A DNA stretch of 64,000 bases from a virus, in the IMG/VR virus record IMGVR_UViG_3300007276_000035, positions 1 through 64,000 of that record, one strand, 5' to 3'. Every line of letters begins with the position of its first letter. Position 1 is the stretch's first letter. The position numbers were made by a program, and so were the translations under genes. The notes beneath the pieces were generated by a model. That model was not told where the DNA came from, did not search any database, and saw nothing but the letters and a program-made list of their open reading frames with translations. Shown here in pieces: positions 31,037-39,582 of the stretch.

Positions 31037-32160
31037 CCGTTTTTGACCCAACTATAAAAGACCATACAAAAGCAAACATGTTTTTAGATCCGAGTGGTCC
31101 TGTAAACCTACAAAGGTATGACACGGTGAAATATAGGCTATTTGATAAACTCACTGACAAACAACTAGGGTTCTTTTGGCGGCCTGAGGAAGTTGACATA
31201 GGAAAGGATAGTAAAGACTTCAAGGATCTAACTGATCACGAGCAACATATTTTTACTAGTAATCTAAAGAGGCAGATCCTATTAGACAGTGTTCAAGGTC
31301 GTTCGCCTAACTTAGCTTTACTTCCCATTGTTAGTTTACCGGAGATTGAAACCTGGATAGAAACTTGGGCGTTTAGTGAAACTATACACAGTCGTAGCTA
31401 CACGCATATAATACGCAATATATATAGTAACCCTAGTAAAATATTTGATGAAATGCTAAAAATTGATGAAATTGTAGCATGTTCTACTAGCATAAGCAAG
31501 CACTATGATAAGTTAATAGAAGCGAATGGTTATTACAACTTACTTGGTGTTGGCACACATACTGTAAACGGTAAGAAGATTACAGTAGACTTATACGAAA
31601 TCAAGAAATTGCTTTGGCTTTGTTTAATGAGTGTAAATATATTAGAAGGTGTACGTTTTTATGTTAGCTTTGCTTGCAGCTGGGCGTTTGCTGAATTAAA
31701 GAAAATGGAGGGTAACGCTAAGATTATTAAATTTATTGCGAGGGATGAAAACGTACACTTAGCTGGAACACAGCAAATGTTAAAGACATTGCCGCAAGAA
31801 GATCCAGACTTTGTTACAATTGCAGCAGAGTGCGAAGAACAATCAATAGCAATGTTTATGGAAGCAGTAGAACAAGAGACCGCCTGGGCTGAGTACTTGT
31901 TTAAAGACGGTAGCATGATCGGTCTTAATGCAGAACTTTTACAACAGTATGTTGAGTGGATTACTGCTAGAAGAATGCGGGCAGTGGGGTTAACTCCACC
32001 TTATAGTACTACAGCTAGTAATCCTTTACCGTGGACACAAAAATGGATCTCTGGTAGTGATGTACAAGTAGCACCACAAGAAACAGAAATTAGTTCCTAC
32101 GTTATAGGTGGAACCAAACAAGACGTAACTGAAGACACATTCAAGGGGATGAGTTTATAA
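31033..32160 (+). CDS. nrdB: ribonucleotide reductase class Ia beta subunit
   Basis: FFWRPEE, LLDSVQGR, ETIHSRSY, LEGVRFY, RDENVH, VAPQE. Confidence 0.97.
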   Translation: MTVFDPTIKDHTKANMFLDPSGPVNLQRYDTVKYRLFDKLTDKQLGFFWRPEEVDIGKDSKDFKDLTDHEQHIFTSNLKRQILLDSVQGRSPNLALLPIVSLPEIETWIETWAFSETIHSRSYTHIIRNIYSNPSKIFDEMLKIDEIVACSTSISKHYDKLIEANGYYNLLGVGTHTVNGKKITVDLYEIKKLLWLCLMSVNILEGVRFYVSFACSWAFAELKKMEGNAKIIKFIARDENVHLAGTQQMLKTLPQEDPDFVTIAAECEEQSIAMFMEAVEQETAWAEYLFKDGSMIGLNAELLQQYVEWITARRMRAVGLTPPYSTTASNPLPWTQKWISGSDVQVAPQETEISSYVIGGTKQDVTEDTFKGMSL

Positions 32161-32417
32161 TGCTAACAGTATATACTAAAAACAATTGCGGATTTTGCGT
32201 AATGCTTAAAAATTTGCTTACAAAGAAAGGCTATGACTTCACTGAAGTTAATATAGAAGAAGACGAAGATGCGTACACATTCGTTATTGAAGAAGGCCAT
32301 AAATCTATGCCACAAATTTACGAGGACGGTTCTGTTTTTGTAGAAGGTGGCTTTGAGGGTATGCGAGCATACTTAGCTGAACAAGAAATTAACAACACAA
32401 ACTTAGGAACACTATAA
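32160..32417 (+). CDS. glutaredoxin/NrdH-like redoxin
   Basis: VYTKNNCGFC, SMPQI, GGF. Confidence 0.9.
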   Translation: MLTVYTKNNCGFCVMLKNLLTKKGYDFTEVNIEEDEDAYTFVIEEGHKSMPQIYEDGSVFVEGGFEGMRAYLAEQEINNTNLGTL

Positions 32418-32752
32418 TGTTTTATCATTTAAATGACTTACTTGGAAAAGTAGTTACAATCAAAATAGGAAACGGACAAGAATTTATAGCAACTCTTAGA
32501 GGGATAGATGATCCTTTATCAGTGCTCACACTTAACAAACCAAAGTCAATAATACTCGGAGGCAACAGTCCGGAGACTCAGCAAGTTTTTATGCTACCTT
32601 ACATGCTTACAGCAGACCAGGATGAGATTTTTATGAGTCTAAGTCAGGTATTAAGTGTAGTAAAAACTTTAGAAGAAACTGCTGAAGAATATAAATTACT
32701 GCTACTTCAGGAAGAGTCTGAAGATGTTGACGTAGAAGTAGTCGATAAATAA
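32417..32752 (+). CDS. Sm/LSm-like fold protein
   Basis: LLGKVVTIKIGNGQEFIATLRGID resembles the Sm1 motif; similar to the protein at 57698. Confidence 0.55.
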   Translation: MFYHLNDLLGKVVTIKIGNGQEFIATLRGIDDPLSVLTLNKPKSIILGGNSPETQQVFMLPYMLTADQDEIFMSLSQVLSVVKTLEETAEEYKLLLLQEESEDVDVEVVDK

Positions 32753-32756
32753 GTAT

Positions 32757-33032
32757 ATGCCAGGAGCAGCAAGAGTAGGAGTTGATATAGTCGGGGGTGG
32801 TACCATAGTTGGGCCAGGCTCTCCAACCGTAAGGGTGGATGGTGTTCCGATGAGTTATATCGGCGATCTTGTTTCTAGTCACGGCAACTCCCCACATACT
32901 AGCCCTACCATTATAACCGGAAGTGCAACAGTTCGAGCAGACGGCCGGCCTGTGTCAGTTGAAGGCATTAGTCAAGCAACTTGTGCTCATAATGTTAACA
33001 CAGGATCAGCTACTACACGCATTGACGGATAG
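32757..33032 (+). CDS. PAAR-domain spike tip protein
   Basis: MPGAARVG, GSPTVRVDG, HGNSPH, GSATVRADG, CAH. Confidence 0.9.
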   Translation: MPGAARVGVDIVGGGTIVGPGSPTVRVDGVPMSYIGDLVSSHGNSPHTSPTIITGSATVRADGRPVSVEGISQATCAHNVNTGSATTRIDG

Positions 33033-33118
33033 AACTTGCCTTAGGACCAATATAAGGCGGTGGGTTTACCAGTTCCCTCGTTGATTGATTCGCTACCATG
33101 ACATGTAAATACTGGCTT
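33033..33118 (+). ncRNA. candidate structured RNA with two arms antisense to 23S rRNA 1921-1937
   Basis: CCTTAGGACC 33039-33048 and TTCGCTACC 33089-33097; hairpin 33058-33080 whose loop CCAGT can pair with ACTGG 33111-33115. Confidence 0.5.
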
Positions 33119-33193
33119 ATTTAAACATATAGTTAATATTCAGCTTTAGCTAGGATAAATACTGATAACGTAGACTTAGTTAGGGAAATAAAA

Positions 33194-33355
33194 ATGTCAA
33201 AAACACCATATGAAATTAGATTAGATCTTGTCAGAGAAGCAAAGGAAATTTTGCAAGCAAAAGCAAAAGGCGCAAGCGAGATGCCTTCGACTGAAGATGT
33301 GATTGCCGAAGCCGAAAAACTTAATAAGTTTGTAAGTAGCAAGCCTGAACGATAA
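33194..33355 (+). CDS. small phage protein (53 aa, absent from ORF track)
   Basis: MSKTPYEIRLDLVREAK...AEKLNKFVS; own late motif 33154, RBS and terminator. Confidence 0.75.
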   Translation: MSKTPYEIRLDLVREAKEILQAKAKGASEMPSTEDVIAEAEKLNKFVSSKPER

Positions 33356-33369
33356 TAAGACGGTAGGAG

Positions 33370-33400
33370 AAAATAGGCACTTTTTTGTGCCTATTTTTTT
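33370..33400 (+). terminator. intrinsic terminator
   Basis: AAAATAGGCAC/GTGCCTATTTT plus T run. Confidence 0.8.
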
Positions 33401-33465
33401 GACTTTGTTTTCAGATAGTAAGTAAATAAGTATAACACACTATTACACACTAAAGGAATTATTTA

Positions 33466-34428
33466 ATGGCGAACCGTAAAGAGCGCAGAGCAGCAAACGC
33501 GCAAAAGAAAAAATCATCATCAAGTGGCACTATTGCTGCTACAGGCACTGCACCTTCCGTCCAACCGTCTAGTAATGACGGTGATGTTATGCATCGTTTA
33601 CTTGATTCTAAAATCGAAATCCCAGTCGGGCTATTGCGAGAAAAACATATCTTCATTGCAACACCTTGTTATGGTGGACAACTTGGAGAGCCATACTTTA
33701 GAAGTATGATGCGATTAAGTATATTGTGTAATAAGTATGATATTCCTTATACTATTAGTACACTTGCAAACGAGAGTCTAATTACACGAGGAAGAAATAC
33801 GCTTGTTAGTTTCTTCATGGAAAACCCAAAAGCAACACACTTATTCTTTATTGATGCAGACATTGAGTTTAACCCCGAAGACTTGCTACGTATGGTAGCT
33901 TATGATAAACCTGTAATAGTGGGCGCATACCCCAAAAAGGCTGTGAACTGGGGCAGCATTGTTGAAGCAGTACGCCGCGACGAAAGAGAAACAGCAGATA
34001 CGGTTGAAGGTCATAGTTCTAATTATGTAGTTAACTTTGAGTTTCTAACTGACGAAGACGGAAATCGACTCCCGCAAGTACAAATTGTTGATAACCTAGT
34101 TAAACTTAAAGATGCAGGCACTGGCTTTATGTGCATTAAAAAGGATGTGATTCAGCAAATGTTTGATGCGCACCCTGAACTTAGTTACGCAAATGATATT
34201 AATGTAGACATGAAGTTTGAGCAATACATGTATGCATTGTTTGATACTATTATCGATCCTGATTCTAGGCGTTATTTGTCAGAAGACTACACGTTCTGTA
34301 GACGCTGGCAAAAACTAGGAGGGGAAGTTTACTTAGATCCTCGTACCGCACTTAACCACGTAGGTCATTATACATTCCGTGGGAACATTCGCAAGCTATT
34401 TACAGGAGAAAATCAAAGTGGAAAATAA
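33466..34428 (+). CDS. GT-A fold glycosyltransferase-like protein
   Basis: IATPCYGG, SLITRGRN, FIDADI, GTGFM, LSEDY, LNHVG. Confidence 0.75.
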   Translation: MANRKERRAANAQKKKSSSSGTIAATGTAPSVQPSSNDGDVMHRLLDSKIEIPVGLLREKHIFIATPCYGGQLGEPYFRSMMRLSILCNKYDIPYTISTLANESLITRGRNTLVSFFMENPKATHLFFIDADIEFNPEDLLRMVAYDKPVIVGAYPKKAVNWGSIVEAVRRDERETADTVEGHSSNYVVNFEFLTDEDGNRLPQVQIVDNLVKLKDAGTGFMCIKKDVIQQMFDAHPELSYANDINVDMKFEQYMYALFDTIIDPDSRRYLSEDYTFCRRWQKLGGEVYLDPRTALNHVGHYTFRGNIRKLFTGENQSGK

Positions 34429-35281
34429 TATTATTTCAGTGATACTACCAACAAGAGGTCGACCCGAAGTACTCTTAAAGAGTCTTAAGACTGTAGTAGA
34501 CAAAGCAAGTGACCCTAGTAGGGTAGAGATATTACTAGGCATAGACGAAGATGATCCTGAAACTAAAGCTATGCTGCAAGGAGAGTTAGCCACTTATCTT
34601 AAAGAAAAGGGTGTTGAGTGTCGTGCAAGTATCTTTAAGCCATTAGGCTACACACAGCTTCATACTTACGTTAACACATTAGCTAGCGGTGCTAAGGGAC
34701 AATGGATCTTCTTTTGGAATGACGATGGCCTAATGGTAACAGAAGGATGGGACAAGATAATCGACCAGTACGATGGACAGTTTAAACTACTAGCGCCCAC
34801 AGATAACCACGACGGCCACCCGTATGCTATCTTCCCTATCGTTCCTCGCGATTGGTTTATGCTTATGGATCATCTTAGTATGAATGCACAAAACGACACA
34901 TGGTTAAGCCATATAGCATACATGCTTGATATCTTTGAGCGTATTGAACTCGAGTTCATTCACGATCGCGCAGACATCACAGGAAACAACAACGATGAGA
35001 CTTTTAAGAATCGTAAATACAAAGAAGGAAATCCAGAAGATCCAGAGGATTTCGGACACATCAATATGCAACAAGCTCGCGTTCGCAGCGCGTTTAAAAT
35101 TGCTTGGTACCTAGATAAAATTGGGCAGCATAGTGATTGGTGGGATGCAGTACAATCAGGCAAACAAGATCCATTTGAGAAAATGATAGCCAACACAAAA
35201 GAAACAATGAAAGGCGCTGGTCAGCTTGATGCATTGAATGAAAAGAAAAAGGTTGACGATTCGGAGACGCTGACACTATAA
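34418..35281 (+). CDS. family 2 glycosyltransferase (start moved to GTG 34418)
   Basis: SVILPTRGRP, IDEDD, WNDDG; AGGAG RBS. Confidence 0.75.
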   Translation: MENNIISVILPTRGRPEVLLKSLKTVVDKASDPSRVEILLGIDEDDPETKAMLQGELATYLKEKGVECRASIFKPLGYTQLHTYVNTLASGAKGQWIFFWNDDGLMVTEGWDKIIDQYDGQFKLLAPTDNHDGHPYAIFPIVPRDWFMLMDHLSMNAQNDTWLSHIAYMLDIFERIELEFIHDRADITGNNNDETFKNRKYKEGNPEDPEDFGHINMQQARVRSAFKIAWYLDKIGQHSDWWDAVQSGKQDPFEKMIANTKETMKGAGQLDALNEKKKVDDSETLTL

Positions 35282-35363
35282 TAGTAGTGTAACGCAGTGA
35301 TAAATATTGTCATGCGCCTATCACTGTAAAATAGATTCGACTAGGTTGCATGTAGAGTGTAAG

Positions 35364-35984
35364 ATGTTTGCTAATCATATTACTTCTGGTGTCATGAACC
35401 TTTTTGGTCCTGATCCCTTAAAAGAAAAATACAAGGAAGACGTATATACCCTGTTGCAGCAAAGTTACAAATATGCCGGCGGGTTGCTCAGTTCTGGCAC
35501 AGAAAATTCTGACGTTATAACAAAACTCCCGATGTGGACAGTTGCAGTTAAGAACGGAAAAGTTATTGCTGCTATATTGTACAAAGACAGAAACGGCTGT
35601 AAAGCTATAGCAACGGGCACCGATGGATCTATAGCAGGCAAAAGAACACTTAGTAGCTTGGTATGCAGAGATGCTTCTAGAAGCTACAGCGAAAAAAGCA
35701 GATCATCATTAAATCTATTCCTAAAAGTAACACCAAATGCTAGAGACTATTTAATTGATCCGGTCCAAGCCGCAATGATCTCAGGTAAGGATATTATACC
35801 TATATCCGGATTAGACCAAAATGACTGGCCCGCTGAAGAAAGCGAGATTAAATCTGCATTGCTAACATTGGAACGTTATCCGTTCCTTAAAGACTACGGT
35901 TATTTTCGGCCCCTAAAAGGACATATGAAATTTAAGATTATGTTAGGTACACCGAACAAGGAAATACAGCAAAGCGATAAATAG
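35364..35984 (+). CDS. hypothetical protein, paralog A of tandem pair
   Basis: Aligns along its length with the 35989 protein; start set by that alignment. Confidence 0.7.
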   Translation: MFANHITSGVMNLFGPDPLKEKYKEDVYTLLQQSYKYAGGLLSSGTENSDVITKLPMWTVAVKNGKVIAAILYKDRNGCKAIATGTDGSIAGKRTLSSLVCRDASRSYSEKSRSSLNLFLKVTPNARDYLIDPVQAAMISGKDIIPISGLDQNDWPAEESEIKSALLTLERYPFLKDYGYFRPLKGHMKFKIMLGTPNKEIQQSDK

Positions 35985-35988
35985 TTGT

Positions 35989-36600
35989 ATGCTAATAGAA
36001 AACATTATTACCGAACGTTACATAAATTTAATAGGTGACGACCCTAAAAAAGACAAGTACAAAGATGAAGTGTTTTCTATACTACAGCGAAGCTACAAAG
36101 ACATAGGTGGTATGGCAGGGTCCGGAACAGAAAGTCCCGATGCTATTAAATCTATACCGATGTGGAAGATTGCTGTAAAAGACGGTCGAGTTGTTGCTGC
36201 TATATTGTACAAAGATAAAAATGGACGCAAAGCAGTAGCAACGGGCACAGACGGTTCTATCACAGGTAAGAAAGTAATAGCTGATATAATTAGACAAGAA
36301 CCAAAACGAAGCTACGGCGAAAAGAGCAAAGCAGCGTTAGGCTTCTTTCTCAAAGCTACTGCCAACCCTAAACAGTATCTAATTAAGCCTAGCGAAGCAG
36401 AAAAAATTGTACGTAAAGAACTTACCCCCATCAAAGGCCTAGAGCCTAATCAATGGCCAATAGACGGTAAAGAAATGCAGTCAACTTTAGCTACACTTGA
36501 GAAATATCCCTTTCTAATGGATTACGGGTATTTTAGAGAGCTAAATGGGAAAATGGCGTTCAAAGTCATGGCAGGAACACCCAATAAAACCGTAAAATAA
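35989..36600 (+). CDS. hypothetical protein, paralog B, putative virion cargo
   Basis: MLIENIITE; late motif 35976; shared AAILYKDxNGxKAxATGTDGS. Confidence 0.75.
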   Translation: MLIENIITERYINLIGDDPKKDKYKDEVFSILQRSYKDIGGMAGSGTESPDAIKSIPMWKIAVKDGRVVAAILYKDKNGRKAVATGTDGSITGKKVIADIIRQEPKRSYGEKSKAALGFFLKATANPKQYLIKPSEAEKIVRKELTPIKGLEPNQWPIDGKEMQSTLATLEKYPFLMDYGYFRELNGKMAFKVMAGTPNKTVK

Positions 36601-36632
36601 CGGTTGACAAACTGTTATTTTTTTGCTATAAT
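36594..36632 (+). promoter_or_regulatory. terminator hairpin overlapping a sigma70 promoter
   Basis: AAAATAACGGTT/AACTGTTATTTT stem with T run; TTGACA 36604, TATAAT 36627. Confidence 0.7.
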
Positions 36633-36665
36633 TACTACTGTATTAATAAATAGAAGGCAACAGTT

Positions 36666-36902
36666 ATGTCTAATCGTTCAAGTGATATGGAAAGTCTAGG
36701 TATAGTATTAGTTATACTATTTTCTGGTTTTATAGCGATGTGGTACTTAGGAAAGTTAGCATTTGCTTGTATAGGGTTCAATACATTCCTCTGGGTAGAG
36801 GATACGATTTGGAGTCCTGTTATTATTCTTATGGCGTTCGGTTTCTTAGCAGTCTGGGCAGCCTTGTTTATGTTAATGTTTAGTATCATCATAGTACTTT
36901 AG
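36666..36902 (+). CDS. small membrane protein
   Basis: Two hydrophobic helices. Confidence 0.6.
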   Translation: MSNRSSDMESLGIVLVILFSGFIAMWYLGKLAFACIGFNTFLWVEDTIWSPVIILMAFGFLAVWAALFMLMFSIIIVL

Positions 36903-36911
36903 GAGAATCGT

Positions 36912-37085
36912 ATGTTACAGGCAGCAGCATGGTTTTTTTCAATCGTTATAGGCTACTTTGGTCTTTGGTTGTTGGCAGTTATGGCGGATTCTAGTGATGC
37001 AGGACTAGTGATAGTATTTTTTATCTGCGTAGTCGCATCGTTCGCAATAACCAACGTTCTTGCCAGGGTAATAACTGATAGTTAA
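36912..37085 (+). CDS. small membrane protein (57 aa, absent from ORF track)
   Basis: AGGAG RBS; MLQAAAWFFSIVIGYFG...; two hydrophobic helices. Confidence 0.6.
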   Translation: MLQAAAWFFSIVIGYFGLWLLAVMADSSDAGLVIVFFICVVASFAITNVLARVITDS

Positions 37086-37096
37086 CTTTCCCTTAT

Positions 37097-37186
37097 AAAT
37101 CAATGACTTACAAAATCAAGTTATTTTAAAAGTGCTTATAAATCAATGACTTACGTGGTTGACATATATAGTATATATGTTATTAT
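37097..37186 (+). repeat. repeated promoter module, copy 2 (shorter)
   Basis: AAATCAATGACTTAC at 37097 and 37140; TTGACA 37159; TATTAT 37181. Confidence 0.8.
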
Positions 37187-37217
37187 ATATATGTTGGTTA
37201 ATTAGTTAGGAGTTGTT

Positions 37218-37502
37218 ATGTCATTTGCCCCTTCCAGTGTTTACTTTGATTCAGGAGACGCCACAATTATTGGTTGTTTCAACGAAGTTGATGTTGACGG
37301 TTTGTTTGAGTTCTCAGAGAACACAGACGACATGACAGGAGCTTGGGACTTCCCCCACAAGATTTGGGTTGGTGACGGATACCGCTACGGTAAGGTCCTC
37401 AAGACAGTTGCCTACATCGCAGTTGACGAAGATGCTTACGGCCAACCAGTTATAGAAAAATGGGATATTAAGCGTCATCGAATTTATCCAACACCCCAAT
37501 AA
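37218..37502 (+). CDS. early hypothetical protein
   Basis: AGGAG RBS; first gene after the module. Confidence 0.7.
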   Translation: MSFAPSSVYFDSGDATIIGCFNEVDVDGLFEFSENTDDMTGAWDFPHKIWVGDGYRYGKVLKTVAYIAVDEDAYGQPVIEKWDIKRHRIYPTPQ

Positions 37503-37514
37503 GGAGAATTAAAA

Positions 37515-38114
37515 ATGAAGATTTTATACATACACGGCTTCGGCAGTAAATTTGACCCCACTTCAGAAAAGATTGTGAAGCTATCTACTATCGGCACTGT
37601 GGCTGGGCCTGACCTTGATTATGCAGGCAAGACATACCAGGTACTTTTGACAGAGCTAATCAACTTCGCCCTGGAGTTTGATCCTGACATTATAATTGGT
37701 ACTAGCATGGGCGGCTACATGGCAGCAGCTCTTCAGAATGCTTTCCAAAACAGCATAATATTACAGCAATGGCGGGACGACGGAAACATACCAAAACCTG
37801 GTATGTTTATTAACCCTTGCTTAGATCCTGGTCAACAGTTGCGTAAATATTTGGGTGCTGGCGTTGACTATGATGACAACGAATATTTCCTTGAGCAGAG
37901 CACATTAGACTCTTATCCCATTGGACCAAACCCATTCCCAGTTACTGGTGTCCAGGGAGTTGTGGTATTAGACTTAGCTGATGAAGTTATTGATGCGCAA
38001 GAAACATTTGCTACTTTAAGCAGCTATTTCCCTTGTCTTACTTTTAACGGTGGAAGCCATCGGTTCGAACACATGGACGAAATTTTGCCCCTAGTAAAGT
38101 CTTTAGAGGTTTAA
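37515..38114 (+). CDS. YqiA/YcfP-like alpha/beta-hydrolase (esterase)
   Basis: YIHGFGS, GTSMGG, INP, DEVID, GGSHRF. Confidence 0.85.
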   Translation: MKILYIHGFGSKFDPTSEKIVKLSTIGTVAGPDLDYAGKTYQVLLTELINFALEFDPDIIIGTSMGGYMAAALQNAFQNSIILQQWRDDGNIPKPGMFINPCLDPGQQLRKYLGAGVDYDDNEYFLEQSTLDSYPIGPNPFPVTGVQGVVVLDLADEVIDAQETFATLSSYFPCLTFNGGSHRFEHMDEILPLVKSLEV

Positions 38115-38115
38115 A

Positions 38116-38655
38116 ATGACCACTCATGCTATGATCGACATTGAGACTCTGGATACAGAAGATACGGCTGTAATTTTAAGTATCGGTGTATGTAAGTTTA
38201 ATCCTTATACCTCAGAGCAACCGCACACTCGCCAACTCTGGCTACCTAGCTTAGAAGAACAGTTTAAGCTAGATCGGACTGCTAGCGAAAGCACATTAGA
38301 GTGGTGGAGCAAGCAAGATCCCGAAATCCTAGAACGGGCCTTAAGTGAAGTTGGCCGCCAGTCCTGTGTTACAGTAGCGAAAGAAATAAACAAGTATTTT
38401 GTTGGCGTTGACGAAATTTGGGCACAAGGCGTTCTCTTTGACATTAATATTATTGCTAATTTGTTTAAGATGCTTGATATCCATACTAATTGGGCATACT
38501 GGCAGATATCTGATAGTAGAACAATCTTTAAGATGATGCCTCAAGATCCACGCAAAGGTCTTCAAGAAGATCTGCATGATGCGTCTGCAGATGCATATTA
38601 TCAAGCAGTTTGTGTGCAGAAAACCTTTGCACAGTTCGGAGTAACACCCCGGTAA
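38116..38655 (+). CDS. DEDDh 3'-5' exonuclease
   Basis: MIDIETL, ILSIG, WAQG..FDI, DSRT, HDASADA. Confidence 0.85.
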   Translation: MTTHAMIDIETLDTEDTAVILSIGVCKFNPYTSEQPHTRQLWLPSLEEQFKLDRTASESTLEWWSKQDPEILERALSEVGRQSCVTVAKEINKYFVGVDEIWAQGVLFDINIIANLFKMLDIHTNWAYWQISDSRTIFKMMPQDPRKGLQEDLHDASADAYYQAVCVQKTFAQFGVTPR

Positions 38656-38656
38656 T

Positions 38657-38691
38657 GATAAATAGTGTTATCCAGGGGAGGATAACACATG
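38657..38691 (+). promoter_or_regulatory. late promoter with RBS-occluding hairpin
   Basis: GATAAATA, then GTGTTATCC/GGATAACAC perfect 9-bp stem abutting the ATG. Confidence 0.7.
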
Positions 38692-39084
38692 AAAAAGATA
38701 TTTTTTCTAGCGGTACTAATAATAACAACCGCTTGCAGTAACGAATCCCACACAGGTCCAATGACTGGAACCCCAGTTAACGGCCAGCCACAAGCGTACA
38801 TCGACTTATGCAACAGAACTCCCGAAAGTGTTCTTTGCCCTCAAGATGTACCAGTAACACACGCTAACCTAAATGCGCATTGGTGTAATATATGCGCAGA
38901 AGATAATAATCAATATACCTGGTGTGAATCCCTAAAGTGTGAAGACACTTCAGCGGTGCGTAGCATTGAGGACACACAAACAAAAAGTAACGTTATGACT
39001 GGTCGAAAGGTTCGACTACGCGCAGATGCTTATATCAAGCTATGTCGTGATGACCCAGAGTCGTTGTTGTGCAAAAAGCAATAA
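38689..39084 (+). CDS. Cys-rich lipoprotein
   Basis: Signal peptide with lipobox ITTAC; duplicated AYIxLCxxxPESxLC. Confidence 0.7.
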   Translation: MKKIFFLAVLIITTACSNESHTGPMTGTPVNGQPQAYIDLCNRTPESVLCPQDVPVTHANLNAHWCNICAEDNNQYTWCESLKCEDTSAVRSIEDTQTKSNVMTGRKVRLRADAYIKLCRDDPESLLCKKQ

Positions 39085-39137
39085 TCGATATAGTAACGTA
39101 CTTGTTCAATATAATTAAGAACGTATGGGAGAAAATC

Positions 39138-39563
39138 ATGGATAATGATCGGGGTAGGCAGCTGCGTCCAGCTGAGCTACAAAAACTACAAAACAAGGCT
39201 TTTGCCTTGTTTGAATACAAACACGATGACAAAAACTACGGTGTAATGGAAGACTGGCGTAGTCATGCAGATTTACTTGCTGAAGGCAAGATTTTTGTTG
39301 ATGACTGTGACGGGTATGCATTTACCATATGTGAGACACTATTACACATGGACGGTATAAAACCGGAAGACGTATTGTTTATAATTTGCGAAACAGAAAC
39401 TGGCGAAGGCCATGCTGTAGCAGGTTATACCTCAGGGGGAACAACATGGATTTTGGAAAACCGTTATACGGAGATTTATGACTGGAAAAAGCGCTCGGGC
39501 TATAAATGGAACTACTATATGCAGTTTAACAATCCTGGGCAGTGGCACCAGATCGACAAATAA
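39138..39563 (+). CDS. transglutaminase-like cysteine protease (BTLCP/LapG-like)
   Basis: DDCDGYA, EGHAV, WILEN; start uncertain (39069 or 39138). Confidence 0.7.
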   Translation: MDNDRGRQLRPAELQKLQNKAFALFEYKHDDKNYGVMEDWRSHADLLAEGKIFVDDCDGYAFTICETLLHMDGIKPEDVLFIICETETGEGHAVAGYTSGGTTWILENRYTEIYDWKKRSGYKWNYYMQFNNPGQWHQIDK

Positions 39564-39582
39564 TAAAAATTAGGAGATCTAA

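Noticed and set aside
28212-32160. Introns or inteins in nrdA, nrdB or the helicase
   Set aside because: Lengths and motif spacing are normal; no insertions seen
33039-33097. Intact I-CeuI target, rRNA fragment or known self-cleaving ribozyme
   Set aside because: The two halves are separated and permuted with no further rRNA similarity; hammerhead, twister, pistol or HDV cores could not be fitted by eye
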